A DNA stretch of 64,000 nt from Neophaeotheca triangularis. Lineage: Eukaryota. Below the pieces are notes generated by a model that was not told the DNA's origin, did not search any database, and was given only the letters and a program-made list of their open reading frames with translations. This document shows, in pieces, positions 50,745 through 62,500 of this stretch. The stretch lies in NCBI GenBank assembly GCA_054600435.1, contig BAAIJX010000013.1, positions 124,001 to 188,000 of the forward strand. Reading direction: 5' to 3'. The position numbers and the translations under genes are program-made. Position 1 is the first letter of the stretch. Every line of letters begins with the position of its first letter.

Positions 50745-53726
50745 TCAGATGTACCACATGGTGCTTTCGATACCACCAGTTGTGGGCATGGGCAGAAGCT
50801 GCTCGTAGCTCTGCTGAGAGGGGTGGGTGGAGGTGACCCTCTGGCCGCCGCCCTGAGAAGCACTCGGTGGTGGCGGTGGAGCGCCCGTGGCAGCAGCCTC
50901 AGCCGCCGCGGCCCTTTCCTTGCCGTCTGAGCTGCCGTTCCACTTGGGATCGTGAGGCACAGCGCGGTTGGACGCGATGTGGGCGTAGTAGATGGCAGGG
51001 TGGATGGAGACAGGCGTGGTTGCGCGCATGTACTGGTAAGATTGCTCGTAGCAGATCGTGTGAATCTCGTCGTTGGTGAGACCGCACTCGTTGAGCAAAA
51101 CGTAATAGTGAACAGGACGAGCCGTTCCCTTGATGGCGGCATGGGCGCACAGGTAAAAGTCGTTCTCGAAGGGGTGGGTCACGCCGGTCTCGACCAGGGT
51201 ACCCGGAAGAGGGTTACCGTTCTTGTCACCGGAACCGGGCGCCGGGAAAAAGCGAACGTGGTGGCGCTTGGAGCCGACGAGGACGGTGAAAGGGATTTCG
51301 GCCTTTGGGTTGGCTCCCTTCAGAAGACGCTTCATGTCCTCTACTTCCTGCTCAAGCACGTGCTGGTACTGGCCCTCGGAAACACCGTCGCGGAAGTAGA
51401 TGACACGACTCGGGACCTTGCCTTGGTTGCAATCCGACATCCACTTCTTCATGAACGGTTGCAGCCTGTTGATGTTTTCTGTGGCAATCATCTCGACTCT
51501 AAAACCGTTCGTCTCAACATAGGCAGCGTAGCGTAGACCGAGAAGATCCTGAGAAAGCGTGAGTGCAGCCATGGAAGGCGCTTCGGACCCTGGTGCAGCG
51601 TGAGAGACGTCGGCACCGATAACCATGGTAGGCTTGGTGAAGGCACCTCCGGGCCCACCAGTCCTCGAACCAACAGCGCGTGCGGTAGTGCCTCCCAACT
51701 TGGCATTGAATTTCATGCAGACGTTGGAGATGTACTGCCCTTGGCACTTTTGCACATGAGCGTACTGCATGCATTGGGAGACGACGCCGTAGCGGCAGTC
51801 CGCGCTGCGCTTTATGCGGCCGTAGTTGATTGTGTTCTTGTCGGGCAGGATGAACACAAGCATCTGAGGGCGAGCTTGCTTTTGGTTGCCGGTGCCGTTC
51901 CAGAGCTGAGTGACCCAGTCGCCAGGCTCAGTGCCGGTAGCCACGCACATGTAGGGCTTCTTTTCCTCGATCCTGCCACCGTGCGCTTGGTAAATCTTAA
52001 TAAACTCTTGAACGAATCTATCCACAGCGGACTTGTCGGGCTTGCCTCCACGCGCTCCTGGCACAACACAGATACCCCAGATCTTGAGTGGCACGGTGTT
52101 AGGCTGAAGGAACTTCTTGCCCTTCAGATCCCAACGACCGGAGGTGCCGGGGTTGGCAGTAGCACCGGCGCCGAACATGACCTTAGGGGCAACAAGCAGG
52201 CGAGAGTTGACCACAGTCTTCTCGGGCTTGATCTCCATGCCAAAGGTGCGGAGCACAGGATCGTTAGCCCAGTTGAGCATAGAGAGACCATGCTCAACAG
52301 ACTTCCAGCGGGCAGGAGGTGGCGTGACGGCAAATTTGATCATGTTCGAGGTTTGAGTCTCATCGAGCTTGAAGGCAAATCGCTGGTTCGGTTCGATCCT
52401 GAGAAGTTCCATGGGTATCAAGGTGTTCTTTCCATTGGTTGCCTTGACAAGAGGAAGATCAGGGAAGCGGAGGCGAATGCCGTATTTCTTCTGGTAGTAG
52501 TCGTAGATGGTCACCATCGACTTGACGCCGGCTTTGTCAATCGTCTCGAACTTGACATCCCGGGCGCCTTTGTATTCGAAGCGGTCAATACAGAAGTGAT
52601 CGATTTCAGTCTTGCCACGATGAGCCGAGTACACGTGCAACTTTCTCAGGCGCTTCAGGGTCTTGGCTGTTGCCGAGTTCTGACCGTTGACCCTGACGGA
52701 GTTGATGAGGTCGTGCACATCCCTCTTGTTGGCAATGTTGATGGCAGCGACATAGAGGTCCTGGGCGACAAAAAAAGTGCCATTAGAGACATCTACGGTG
52801 ACAGCGAGCTTGCCTGGCTGGCCTAAGCCACCGTTGACGACACGCAGAGATTGGTAGACTCCCTTGACCGCCTCAACGCCGGGAGAGAGAAGGTAACGAT
52901 CTTCTGAGCCACGATGGAAGAAAGAGCGCTTGATCTGGGTGTACTGGCGGCTTGGGTACTCGCGAAGGAGATGATCAGCGAAGTTGATTGCTTCCAGGCA
53001 CGAATTGTCGAAATCCGTTTTGCCTTCGAGATGGCTGGTGAGAACATCGAAGCGGATCTTGTTGGTCTGCCTGATGACGATGCGAGGCCTGTCTGGTTCC
53101 TTGCCAGGCTTAACGGTCCTGCCACGCTCTTCATCGAGATCGACAGTGAGACGGAGCTCGCGCTCGAGAGGCTTCAGGGACCACGCAAGGCGGTTGCCAT
53201 CGAAGATGACCTGCTCACCGACGGCTTTCCTGACAGCCTTGGACTGCCAAACCGCCTTGATGAGACCCTTCTTCTCAGCACCGTTGCCAACTAGGACTTC
53301 GTACTGGTAGACAGGCTTGGAAGGGAACTTGGTGACGGGGAAGGAGTTCAGGCCAATCTTCTTCTCCGAGCCAAGCTTGGACACAGCCAATCTCTTGGGC
53401 ATAGCAGCCGTGTCCACGCCGCGCTGCTTGGCCCAGGCTCCCATGCTGAAGTCCACGTTCTTGTTGGCTATCTCGTAACGGACAGGCTGAGGCTGGGAGC
53501 CAGCGACGGAGCCACCACGAGCAGAAGACTTTGGAGACGATGGGTCGGCGCTGCCATCGAAGGCGCGAGCACTCGGTGGCGACAAGCGAGACTGAGAGGT
53601 CGACTTGCCGGTGCTTGGGGTGGAGCGAACGTCGGGAGACCTTGTAGGAGTGGACGTAGCAGGCGAGCCAGTACCACGAGGTGGATCACCGGCATAGCCG
53701 TACTTCTTGGAATTGTAGCCCGACAT
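50745..53726 (-). CDS. Argonaute (QDE-2-like), intronless CDS
   Basis: ArgoN, L1, PAZ, MID and PIWI order. Catalytic residues in GADVSH, RVEMI, FRDGVSEGQ and YYAH; GTARPVHY motif. Confidence 0.96.
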   Translation of the reverse strand: MSGYNSKKYGYAGDPPRGTGSPATSTPTRSPDVRSTPSTGKSTSQSRLSPPSARAFDGSADPSSPKSSARGGSVAGSQPQPVRYEIANKNVDFSMGAWAKQRGVDTAAMPKRLAVSKLGSEKKIGLNSFPVTKFPSKPVYQYEVLVGNGAEKKGLIKAVWQSKAVRKAVGEQVIFDGNRLAWSLKPLERELRLTVDLDEERGRTVKPGKEPDRPRIVIRQTNKIRFDVLTSHLEGKTDFDNSCLEAINFADHLLREYPSRQYTQIKRSFFHRGSEDRYLLSPGVEAVKGVYQSLRVVNGGLGQPGKLAVTVDVSNGTFFVAQDLYVAAINIANKRDVHDLINSVRVNGQNSATAKTLKRLRKLHVYSAHRGKTEIDHFCIDRFEYKGARDVKFETIDKAGVKSMVTIYDYYQKKYGIRLRFPDLPLVKATNGKNTLIPMELLRIEPNQRFAFKLDETQTSNMIKFAVTPPPARWKSVEHGLSMLNWANDPVLRTFGMEIKPEKTVVNSRLLVAPKVMFGAGATANPGTSGRWDLKGKKFLQPNTVPLKIWGICVVPGARGGKPDKSAVDRFVQEFIKIYQAHGGRIEEKKPYMCVATGTEPGDWVTQLWNGTGNQKQARPQMLVFILPDKNTINYGRIKRSADCRYGVVSQCMQYAHVQKCQGQYISNVCMKFNAKLGGTTARAVGSRTGGPGGAFTKPTMVIGADVSHAAPGSEAPSMAALTLSQDLLGLRYAAYVETNGFRVEMIATENINRLQPFMKKWMSDCNQGKVPSRVIYFRDGVSEGQYQHVLEQEVEDMKRLLKGANPKAEIPFTVLVGSKRHHVRFFPAPGSGDKNGNPLPGTLVETGVTHPFENDFYLCAHAAIKGTARPVHYYVLLNECGLTNDEIHTICYEQSYQYMRATTPVSIHPAIYYAHIASNRAVPHDPKWNGSSDGKERAAAAEAAATGAPPPPPSASQGGGQRVTSTHPSQQSYEQLLPMPTTGGIESTMWYI

Positions 53727-56700
53727 CTTGTCTGATGGGGACTGGTAGTTGTGTGTGTGAGAGAGGTCTGAATTGAACAGTTATTAGCTAGATGTCCAAT
53801 GCACAATGCAAAAGCAAGTGAACAATGAAAAAGTGCCGTGATGCGACGTGAGGCACGTGTGACGTGGTGGTCAATGAGGGTGTTGCGGTACGGAGATGGG
53901 AATATCAGTCCGAAAGACTGATGCGGAAGACGTACTACCAATGGCAAGCTCAACTAGTGGTATGAAACACTGTCAAGAAGCTCAAGGTGTGTCAGGGTGT
54001 GTAGTAGTCGAAGTGGATGAGTAGTGTGGTGGTGGTTGGTAGTGGTGGAAGTTGTTGTAAAGTGGAAGGATCGCAAGTGGAGGGGAAGCTTCTTAAGTAG
54101 CAGCGGCGGGGACCCACATGCCAACTACCAGGTGAGGAGCTTTGTGACGACAGTGCTTGTGCATATGCTCGTAATGAGGGAGAAGATTGGTAGTGGTGGT
54201 AGTGCAAGTGAGGTAAGACAATGCTGGGAACACCTTTAAAATGATAAAGCAAGCAAAGCAACGCAAGAAAACGTACCTGAGGGATTTCTTTTGTGTTCGA
54301 CAAAGCAGCAGTCTTGGGGCGTGTAGCTTTGAGGTTCCTAATAAGTAAAGGTGTTAGCAAGTCGCGTTGTTACAGTTGTATGGTCGCAGATAGAAGCAGT
54401 GCACTCGAGTTGCAAGTGAAAAATGGCAGGGCAGGAATTTCGGAGTCTGGAAAACACTCCAAGGCCACGCTTTGGAACGCCCTTGAAGTACTACACAGAC
54501 AATGAAAGCGCAGTGATGATGAAAGAGGGTATACTGTATGAGATAGAGCTCACGTACCTGGTGGAAGAGTAGTGACTTGGTGTGGAAGTCTTGTTGTCGG
54601 GTGGTTGTTGTTGGGAGAGAGGGGAAAGGTCGAAAGTCTGGAAGGGAACAGGGAGCTGGTTTTGTTGTTGCCGCCAAGGCCCGTGTGCCGGAAGTCCCCG
54701 TGGTCTCGATCGGGGTTAGTAGACGGGCCTTAGGCACGTGGCAGGGAGGGCAGTGAGGGCAGGAGGAGTAGTATAGGCCTAATACGAGGCAGAGATGAGT
54801 CAAGGAGACTCAGGATGTTTCTAGGTAGCTTGCCTTGTGCCTTACTAGCCGTAAAAGCGAGTTTCCAAGTAGTTATGGGTCTGAGGCTGTTTTGCCCATG
54901 ATCTATTAGCCATGCGCGATATGGAAGCTCCACCTCCGTGTACCTGGAGTTATACGCGGTGCCAGCAAGGTTTACAGCAGATACAGGCGCTCCGGCAACG
55001 CAGACTGATCATGGAGTACGGGATCGAAACCGCAAGGCCAATCTGGATTCTGCTATGGCGCAGCTTTTCGACGATAGCTAGCAAGCCCCGTAACGATCCG
55101 CGCAGACCTACAAATGCCCGTGTAGGTCCTGCAGCATCAACGGCACCTCCGGAAGTGACACGACATGCGTAGCGTAGCCGACCGCGCGCAGAGATGTCCA
55201 AAGGGCCTTCAAGGATCTCCGCAGGCAAGGCGAAAGCTTCTAGACGGCACTGGGCACTTACAGGGCTGTCGCGGTACAGCGTACGTTGCCAGAGGCTACA
55301 CGACCGAAGACTGACAGCAACCAGCCCGTAAAGCATGATGGAAGGGAGCCGAAGCGGCAATAGCGTAGTTCAAGCCAACCGACCACGGTCTCCACGCGCG
55401 ACCCTAGGCAGAAGTAAGAGCAGGGAAATTGGGGACACTAAGAGCTCGGAGCAGGTGATTCATACCGGTAGATCGTAGTGGAGGGCAGGGGTTATTGACG
55501 GTCCACAGATGATATGCAACGGGCCGGGCAGATCGACCAAGACCGTAGACCATCACCAATTGATGCATATCTCGCGGCATAAGCCCCGAGGAAACGATGC
55601 ACCTTCAAGGGGATCGATCTTGGGCCGGTCTGCACCATGGGAACAGGAGGATGCGACGGATCACGCAGTATGGAAGCAGGGGCTTAGTGCTGCCAGTATG
55701 TCCTTCATCATAGGACAGCAATGTGTAAATTGGCCAGGGCGGGAGAGATGGTCATCGGCTAGAGGCGTCCGTTTCAGCACAGGGATCAGAAGAGGAGGCC
55801 TTGAAAGATTGAGTGGGAACGTCAAGCTCAAACTCCGAGGCCACGGGAACCAAGTCCATGGATGCTGTCCCTCTAAGCTTCCTGACCCAACCGGGTAGCT
55901 CTGCTCTTAGGAAACATGGAGAGAGTCCAGGTCTCCATGAGCTCGGGCGGTGCCACTCAGGAAGCGTGAAGCATCCTCTGGCATTGAACTGACACAGCTA
56001 GAGGCAAAAAGACACAGACAAGAACAGACGAGAGTTGTGTGTGATTTTTCTGCTAGAACAACACGAAGACGAAAGCACGAAGAGAGAAGGCCTGCAACAA
56101 AAGCATTGGCGAAGACGGGAATATACACTAGGAAAGTATACGTTACCTGTAAAGCGATGTGCAGAGGCCAAGCTATGGCTGGAAGACCAGCGGGCTGACA
56201 TGATGCAGGCGCCCTTGGGTGGGCCACCATATCCCTGATTCAACGGAAGTGATCTGATCTGACGCGACGGGAACGAACGAACGGCTTGAGATGTTGGGCA
56301 TGATATCTGAGACAGTCCGATGTTAGAATACTATCACTAAGAGCAAGGGACCAGGGCATTTTTGGACTTTTCAAGCAATACCGTCTTCCGAGCGATCCTA
56401 TCGAAGGTCACAGGACGCGACTGCTCACGACGATGCTGCATCGGCATCAAGTGAGAGTGAGCTCAAGATTTCTCAATTTTGATATTCGACACGTTTCATC
56501 GGCACGTTGCGTGCCTGCCTCGGGCGCCACTGCATTTTGGCAAGTTGAGCAGGAGCGAACGGCGTTGCTGCAGGGCTATGCGGGGGCTGCGGTCAATTTA
56601 AGCTACTGCGGGTAGCCGGTAGAACGGCCGCTAACTACAGTTGTTTAGCGCTTTCGCTTCGCTCGCTTAACAAACGCCGACGGCCGATCGACGCCTTAGG

Positions 56701-58843
56701 CCTTCTGTGAAGCGTGGTTTGAGGTATCGTTAGGCACGCTGAGGGCTATGGAGGAAGCTGGACGGCAGTCAGTGACCCTGGAGAAGGCCTACGATCCAGT
56801 CAGATGGGAGTTCTGAGCTGCAATGGCCGAGAGGATAGCTTGTTAGCCTGCCCTCGCGTGCTGCACCGCCCGCTTGCATCGGTATCTGCGAATGGATCTG
56901 GCGCGTGTCTGCCCCTGCCCGAGAGAACAGCGCGATGACAAGAACCTTAAGGCTGCGGCAGGATGCGACTTCCATCAACGCGAACATTCCAGGCTTCCGT
57001 GGGTAGTAGTCAGGGGCAGCACACTCTCGTCGCTCGTCGCCTTGTACCGCCCACTTCCAGTACTTGCAAGACGAGTGAAACATGATGACTTACCTGACTT
57101 TGACTACCTGTTGAGTAGACTGCCCCATTCGCCAAGTATGCCGGTGCCGTTATGGGTTTGACGGTGTTGCAGGTGCCTAGGCGGAGGCTGGACGCGGTCA
57201 GTGTCGTCGTCTTCGCCAGAGGCGGCACGGCAGTCTGCACATCGAACATAGTGACGGGAAGGTGCGCGTGTTGAGGCTTGCAGACTGCAGGCCCCGCTAA
57301 GTGTCTAGCCGGTGACATGTGTTGTGTTGTGTTGTGTAACCAGGGTAGAAGCCCGCTTGGATGCTTAAATGTCCAGAAATGGAGAGGGCCTGTGCTTATA
57401 GTACCTTACCTTTCCGAGCTTACGAGTCGGCAGGCACCGGCCGACATTTTCTCGGTCAAGACGCAATGCAGTATGGTGCTTGGCGGAAGAGAGGTAAGGT
57501 AGGTCTGCCATTCCTCGCAGCACGAGGGAGGACACTATCGAGTAACAGCTCCTGAATGGTGTTGTTAAGCAACGTGACGGGATTGGAGGAAAAGGTCAAA
57601 AGGCGCCTGGCAAATTTCGACACACCAGCAAGCCGGCTGCGTTTAGAACGGATGGACTCGAATTCTTTTTGGACAGGGAAAAAGAAGGTGAGCGAGCATG
57701 GAACGCCGGGATACGGCAGTTGTCAGTGACTATAGAATACTTTACCGCGAACAACTGCCCACCAGCACCAGCTGTTGGTATTTGCTGCGGCAATGCCTGT
57801 TCAATACACAGCAAACACACCTCCGCCCATCATTCTCAATTCCATGGCCCTACCGTGCGATGGCACCCAAACCCAGCGCCACGCCAGCCCAATTCCATAC
57901 GGACCAAAACCATTAGCATGAATTTCCAAACTCCACGAAGCTTGCCAATAACCTCATCCCCACTATCAGACACTCATCGCCCCTTCCCTGGCGCCTCCTA
58001 CCCGAGTTTCATCGCAAACCTCTGCCCCAGCTACCCAACCCCGGTAGACCTTGTAGGCACGCACCCATCGTTAAGGAGTGAGAGTCGGGTGGTCGTCGCA
58101 GCTATGTCTGCTTGGGTGAGTGCAAGATCATGGGTCCCTGCTTTGATGGGGTAGTGCAAGCACATGTTGGCGCAAGTGCGGGTGTTCGCTCGTGACGCTG
58201 GGAGTCGGAGTTAGATCCGTGATTGGTCTCCATATAGGCTCAAGGTTCTTTCTTAACTGAACAAGATATGATGACTTGACTGGGTTAACGCTGCTGAGTA
58301 GATAGAGTATTATCAGAGAATGTTTGCTTATACATTGTTATAGGTACACAGCCATGTAGGCTCTTGTTTTACATTTCCGCCATTCGCGACAGGCTTTGCT
58401 ACTTTCGTCGTTTAGTGGCAGGCTGGAGATCCAATCCGTCGCCGCAAACAGCCTGAATGTAGTAATAATCTCGAGGCATCAGGTGGCTGCAATTCTGCGG
58501 ATTTACAGAGAGCCCATGCGGACCGTTCCAGCGAAGGCGCTTCAGCAGTGTGGGGCACTCGGTCTGCCCATAGTGGTAGCCCGTCTGTATCATCTCGCTC
58601 CACGCTCCTAATATTGCCCACAATGTACCAGGCGGTTGACGGCTCGCCGAGAACATCTCTCAAAGTCCCAACTGAGAGGGTTGTTGTTCCTGGCGGTATG
58701 GCTGGCTTACAGCTGCCTCAACGCCAGAAGTCGAGGCACAATTCGAAGGTCAGAAGTCGAGTGCCGTAGGCAGACCATCAAATCAATGCAAACACGTCTT
58801 GCTGGGGGCCAATCTCTCGACACTGAAGACCGTCCACATGACA

Positions 58844-59249
58844 TCAACTCCACCTGACCATGTTGCCCAATCGCTTCTTGAAACCGCCCCACCACGTCCG
58901 GTCTGGCACCTCATCGAGCTCTTTCGACAGTTCCTTGTAGTAAGTTGGATTGCTCGCAGGGGCCATCATCTGCGGCGGAAGGGTGTGTTGCTTCGTCAGA
59001 CCATTGTCCAGGAGTCGGTAGGCAGCGTTGACTTCGACACTTTCGTCGCTTCCTTGAGTTCCTGCCGGTCTCGTGGGTGCATTCTGAATGCGATCTCTGA
59101 GTAGCTTCTTGAATTGGACTTCTGGACGTAAGCGATCTGTGGGCCAGAGGTTCGCGAGCCGGGTGTAGTGTTTGGAGATTTGCTAGCGGTATGCGTTAGT
59201 GGGCAACGTAGAGGACTGGGACGACTTGAGGACGTACTGTTCGGGACAT
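58844..59249 (-). CDS. CBP6: Cbp6 (cytochrome b translation/assembly factor, UQCC2-like), 116 aa; exons 59249-59238, 59182-58844
   Basis: Not in the ORF track. Manual translation gives MSRT|QISKHYTRLANLWPTDRLRP..APASNPTYYKEL..WW. Intron GTACGT..ACTAAC..TAG at 59237-59183. Confidence 0.82.
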
Positions 59250-59572
59250 GATGATTGCTGGTAAGTTCGAGTTCGTAGTCGCAGAGTATCACTCGTAAGC
59301 GCTTCGAGTCGACGACTTCAATGAAAAGTATTCGATTATTGCTACCTGCACCCTGTTACTGCAGGTGGGTTGACTGGGGTTCTTGAAGTCATCATTGAAG
59401 GGTGATTCTCCTCGCGATACCTTCCCTTTCCCACAATTGCGAACTCTAATGTAGTAACTGATCTCCGACGTCGTCCGAGCTTCGAATCTTTAATTCCCTA
59501 GCAATTGCAGCATGGTAGGAACCTCCAACTGACATTGCTGCAACGTCCACTTGCGCAAGAGAGCGTCTGATC

Positions 59573-62500
59573 ATGCGTAGACAGCGCATATTGAGGGTAT
59601 GTAGAATCAGTAATGCGCAACATACATAGTACCAAAGCATCACATTGACAACCCCAGGCGTCCTCGTCCCAAAGTCTCTGCCTCTTCTGCGCCTGTCGCT
59701 TCGCCGCGCAAGAAACACCCGCTTTTTCGAATGCTCCCTTTCAAGCGCAGCGTAGGCATATCAGTAGAACCCGCCCGCCCTTCCAAACAGCTGCCGCAGC
59801 TAGCGCACCTGCCCAGCCCTCGAACGACAATCAAAATGGAGCCCCTGAACCCGCATGGTCTTTCGACCCAAATTCCTCGCTCTCTGCTTCCGAACAGCGT
59901 GAGCGCGCATTTATGCTGCAACGGCGCCAGCAGCAGGCACAGCAACAGCAACAATACGAGGCCGAGCAGAAGCGAAGGAGAGGAGAGAAGCGGCCCGAGC
60001 AGCAGCAAGCGTCTCACCGTAGTCGGTCTAGACGTGATACGAACGCTTTTCGACCTCAAGGACAACAGGAGGGCTCTGTCTTTCGAAAACAGAACGTATC
60101 CGAGATCCCCAGAGGGGTGTCCTCCCAAAAAACAAGAAATCGGGATTTGTCTGAAGGTCCTACACAGCTACCGCCACAGTCGCGTCGACAGCATTCGCCG
60201 CAGCAATTTAGCACCGAACGCTCTGGAACAAATGTACAATCTCGTTCGCACGAATTCAATGCGAATGGAGCCAGCCCCTCGCATCAACAGCAAAATCGGC
60301 AAAGGCGGCAAAGGCAATCGCAGAGGCAGGATGAAGCTCGACAACCGAGCCGACAACAATGGGGCTCAACTGGCCTGTCGAAACCAGCGCAAAGCACTCA
60401 GCAGAGAATGGCGTTGCCTTCTTTTGGATCTGTACAGCAGGAATCCGAGGCGAAGAACGCAGGTTGGGGCACTGGCTTTTTTGAGATCAAGCCCCTAGAG
60501 TACCGAGCCCAAGAAGACGTGTCTCGGCCGCAAGATGAGGTTGAGAATGCCATCAGCGACATGGCAGAAACGCCCAAGCCTGTGTTGCAGCAAAGTAGGT
60601 ACGGTACGTTCGGTCGTCCTCCACCCAAGGAGACTCCCGAGGATGTTTTCGCCGGTATAGACTTTGATGCGCTGGACGAAAAGGAGAAACAGCGAAAGAC
60701 TGAGGGCCAACATGACGGAGCGCAGAAGGCACCGTTCAAGGAGAGTCTTGGCGCTGAGCTGGCCCCTGGTCCCTCGAATGGTCCTGCCCCTTTCCAACCC
60801 GCAGAGGAGGAAACCTCTCCATACACGCCTCAGTATCAGAGGCCTTTCGAGGGCGCCTTTCCTGTGTCGCAGCCACCATCGTACAGTCAGACGGAGCAGC
60901 GTGGCGTACCGAGTAGGAGTCAAGCCTCGTTTGGAAATGATCAGCCTGCGAATGGTCAATCTGCACATGTTTTACGCCAGCAAGATCAACAACATGCTTT
61001 CGACAACAGCCATCAAGGTTCAGCGCATCAGCGCAACAATTCGCAATCACACTTCAGTCCCTCAAAGTTTGAAACGCCATCATACAGCGACGTGGGGTAT
61101 CGCGCTATGCTGTTCAATCCTGAACAATACCCAAGACGGCGCAAAACCGAAGACGACAGCCAAGCGGAAAGCTGGCAGCATCTCAAGCGTCGCAACTCTG
61201 AGCCTTCTCCTCCGACACAGCAGCAGCGGGAGCAGCAGCAGCAGCCAAACTACTACGACGACGAATGGGTTGATCGTCGCTTTCAGGAGCACCAGCAACA
61301 GCGCCAACAAGTGTTCCCTCCACGATCTCAAGAGCCACGGGAAATGAACAATTCTCCCATGCCCAATTACGCAAGCCGTTCATCGCCGACCTCAAAGTGC
61401 GCGCGTTGCGGTCAAGTGGGTCATACGGCGCGTAATTGTGAAGGACCTCGCTTCTTGCCGTGCTTCCACTGTGGAGAGTATGGTCATTTCGCGAGAGACT
61501 GCACTAACCCATCCACGCTTGTGGCGCGTGAGCCTTTTACACCTTTCCAGGGCAACCGGGACTCCGTGCAGCCTTCGGGAAGGAAAGCAGATCCTGCAAT
61601 GGACCCTGAAGGCCGCGCGATGTTCCCGGAGCGTCGGCGATCGAAGTTCACCAATGATAAAGAGTTTGACGAGAAAGACGAGGAGGATGCGCCACAAGAA
61701 CGAGTGCTGCGATCGAAGAAGTTTGTGGACGAACCTGCACCAAAGAAGAAGGCCGCGAGACGCAGTCGTAGGGATGAGGATGAGGATGTGGAAGACTTCG
61801 AGCAAGCGCGGCCCGCACGACGCAAACGCCGGGATACCGAAGACGACGTCGATGAAGATTATCTCGAAGGCATGCGCGGGGAGGGGCGAGCGCGACGCGA
61901 CAATAAGAAAGCCAAGGAGAGAAAAGCTGCGAAAGAGGCGGAGAAGAAGGCTGCACGTGCTGCGAAGAAGAGCCAGCAGTCTAAACCTGTCAATTTGCCT
62001 GATTTTGTTAGTGTGTCTCAGCTAGCGCAAGCGCTTGGTGCAAGGTACGAGCCTTTCGTCGAGCGTTTGGCAGAGCTGGGCTACGACGACGTCTTTCCCG
62101 GTAAAGTGTTGAACTCCGAGATTTCCGGCATGATCGCCATGGAGTATGACTTCGAGCCAGTCTTTGAAAGCGGCGACAAAGAAGCGGAAGAGCGCGACAT
62201 TGTGGCTAGGCCTGAGATCGAAGACACAACTTTCCTGCCCACGAGGCCGCCTGTTGTCACCATCATGGGTCATGTTGATCACGGCAAGACGACCATCCTC
62301 GACTACCTGCGCAAATCCTCGGTCGCTGCTGGGGAAGCCGGAGGTATCACGCAACACATTGGTGCCTTCTCTGTACCGCTCGCTGCCTCGGGCAAGACCA
62401 TAACTTTCCTAGACACGCCAGGCCACGCTGCTTTCTTGGCCATGCGCCAGCGTGGTGCCATCGTTACCGACATTGTGATTTTGGTCGTCGCCGCGGATGA

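Noticed and set aside
51600..52826. 408-aa plus-strand ORF
   Set aside because: Antisense shadow of Argonaute, expected from codon bias.
59731..60498. 255-aa ORF overlapping IFM1
   Set aside because: Alternative frame of IFM1 exon 2; the true frame is open back to the acceptor at 59657.
61398..61502. Zinc knuckles as retrotransposon gag
   Set aside because: No protease, RT, integrase or LTRs, and the knuckles are in frame with IF2.
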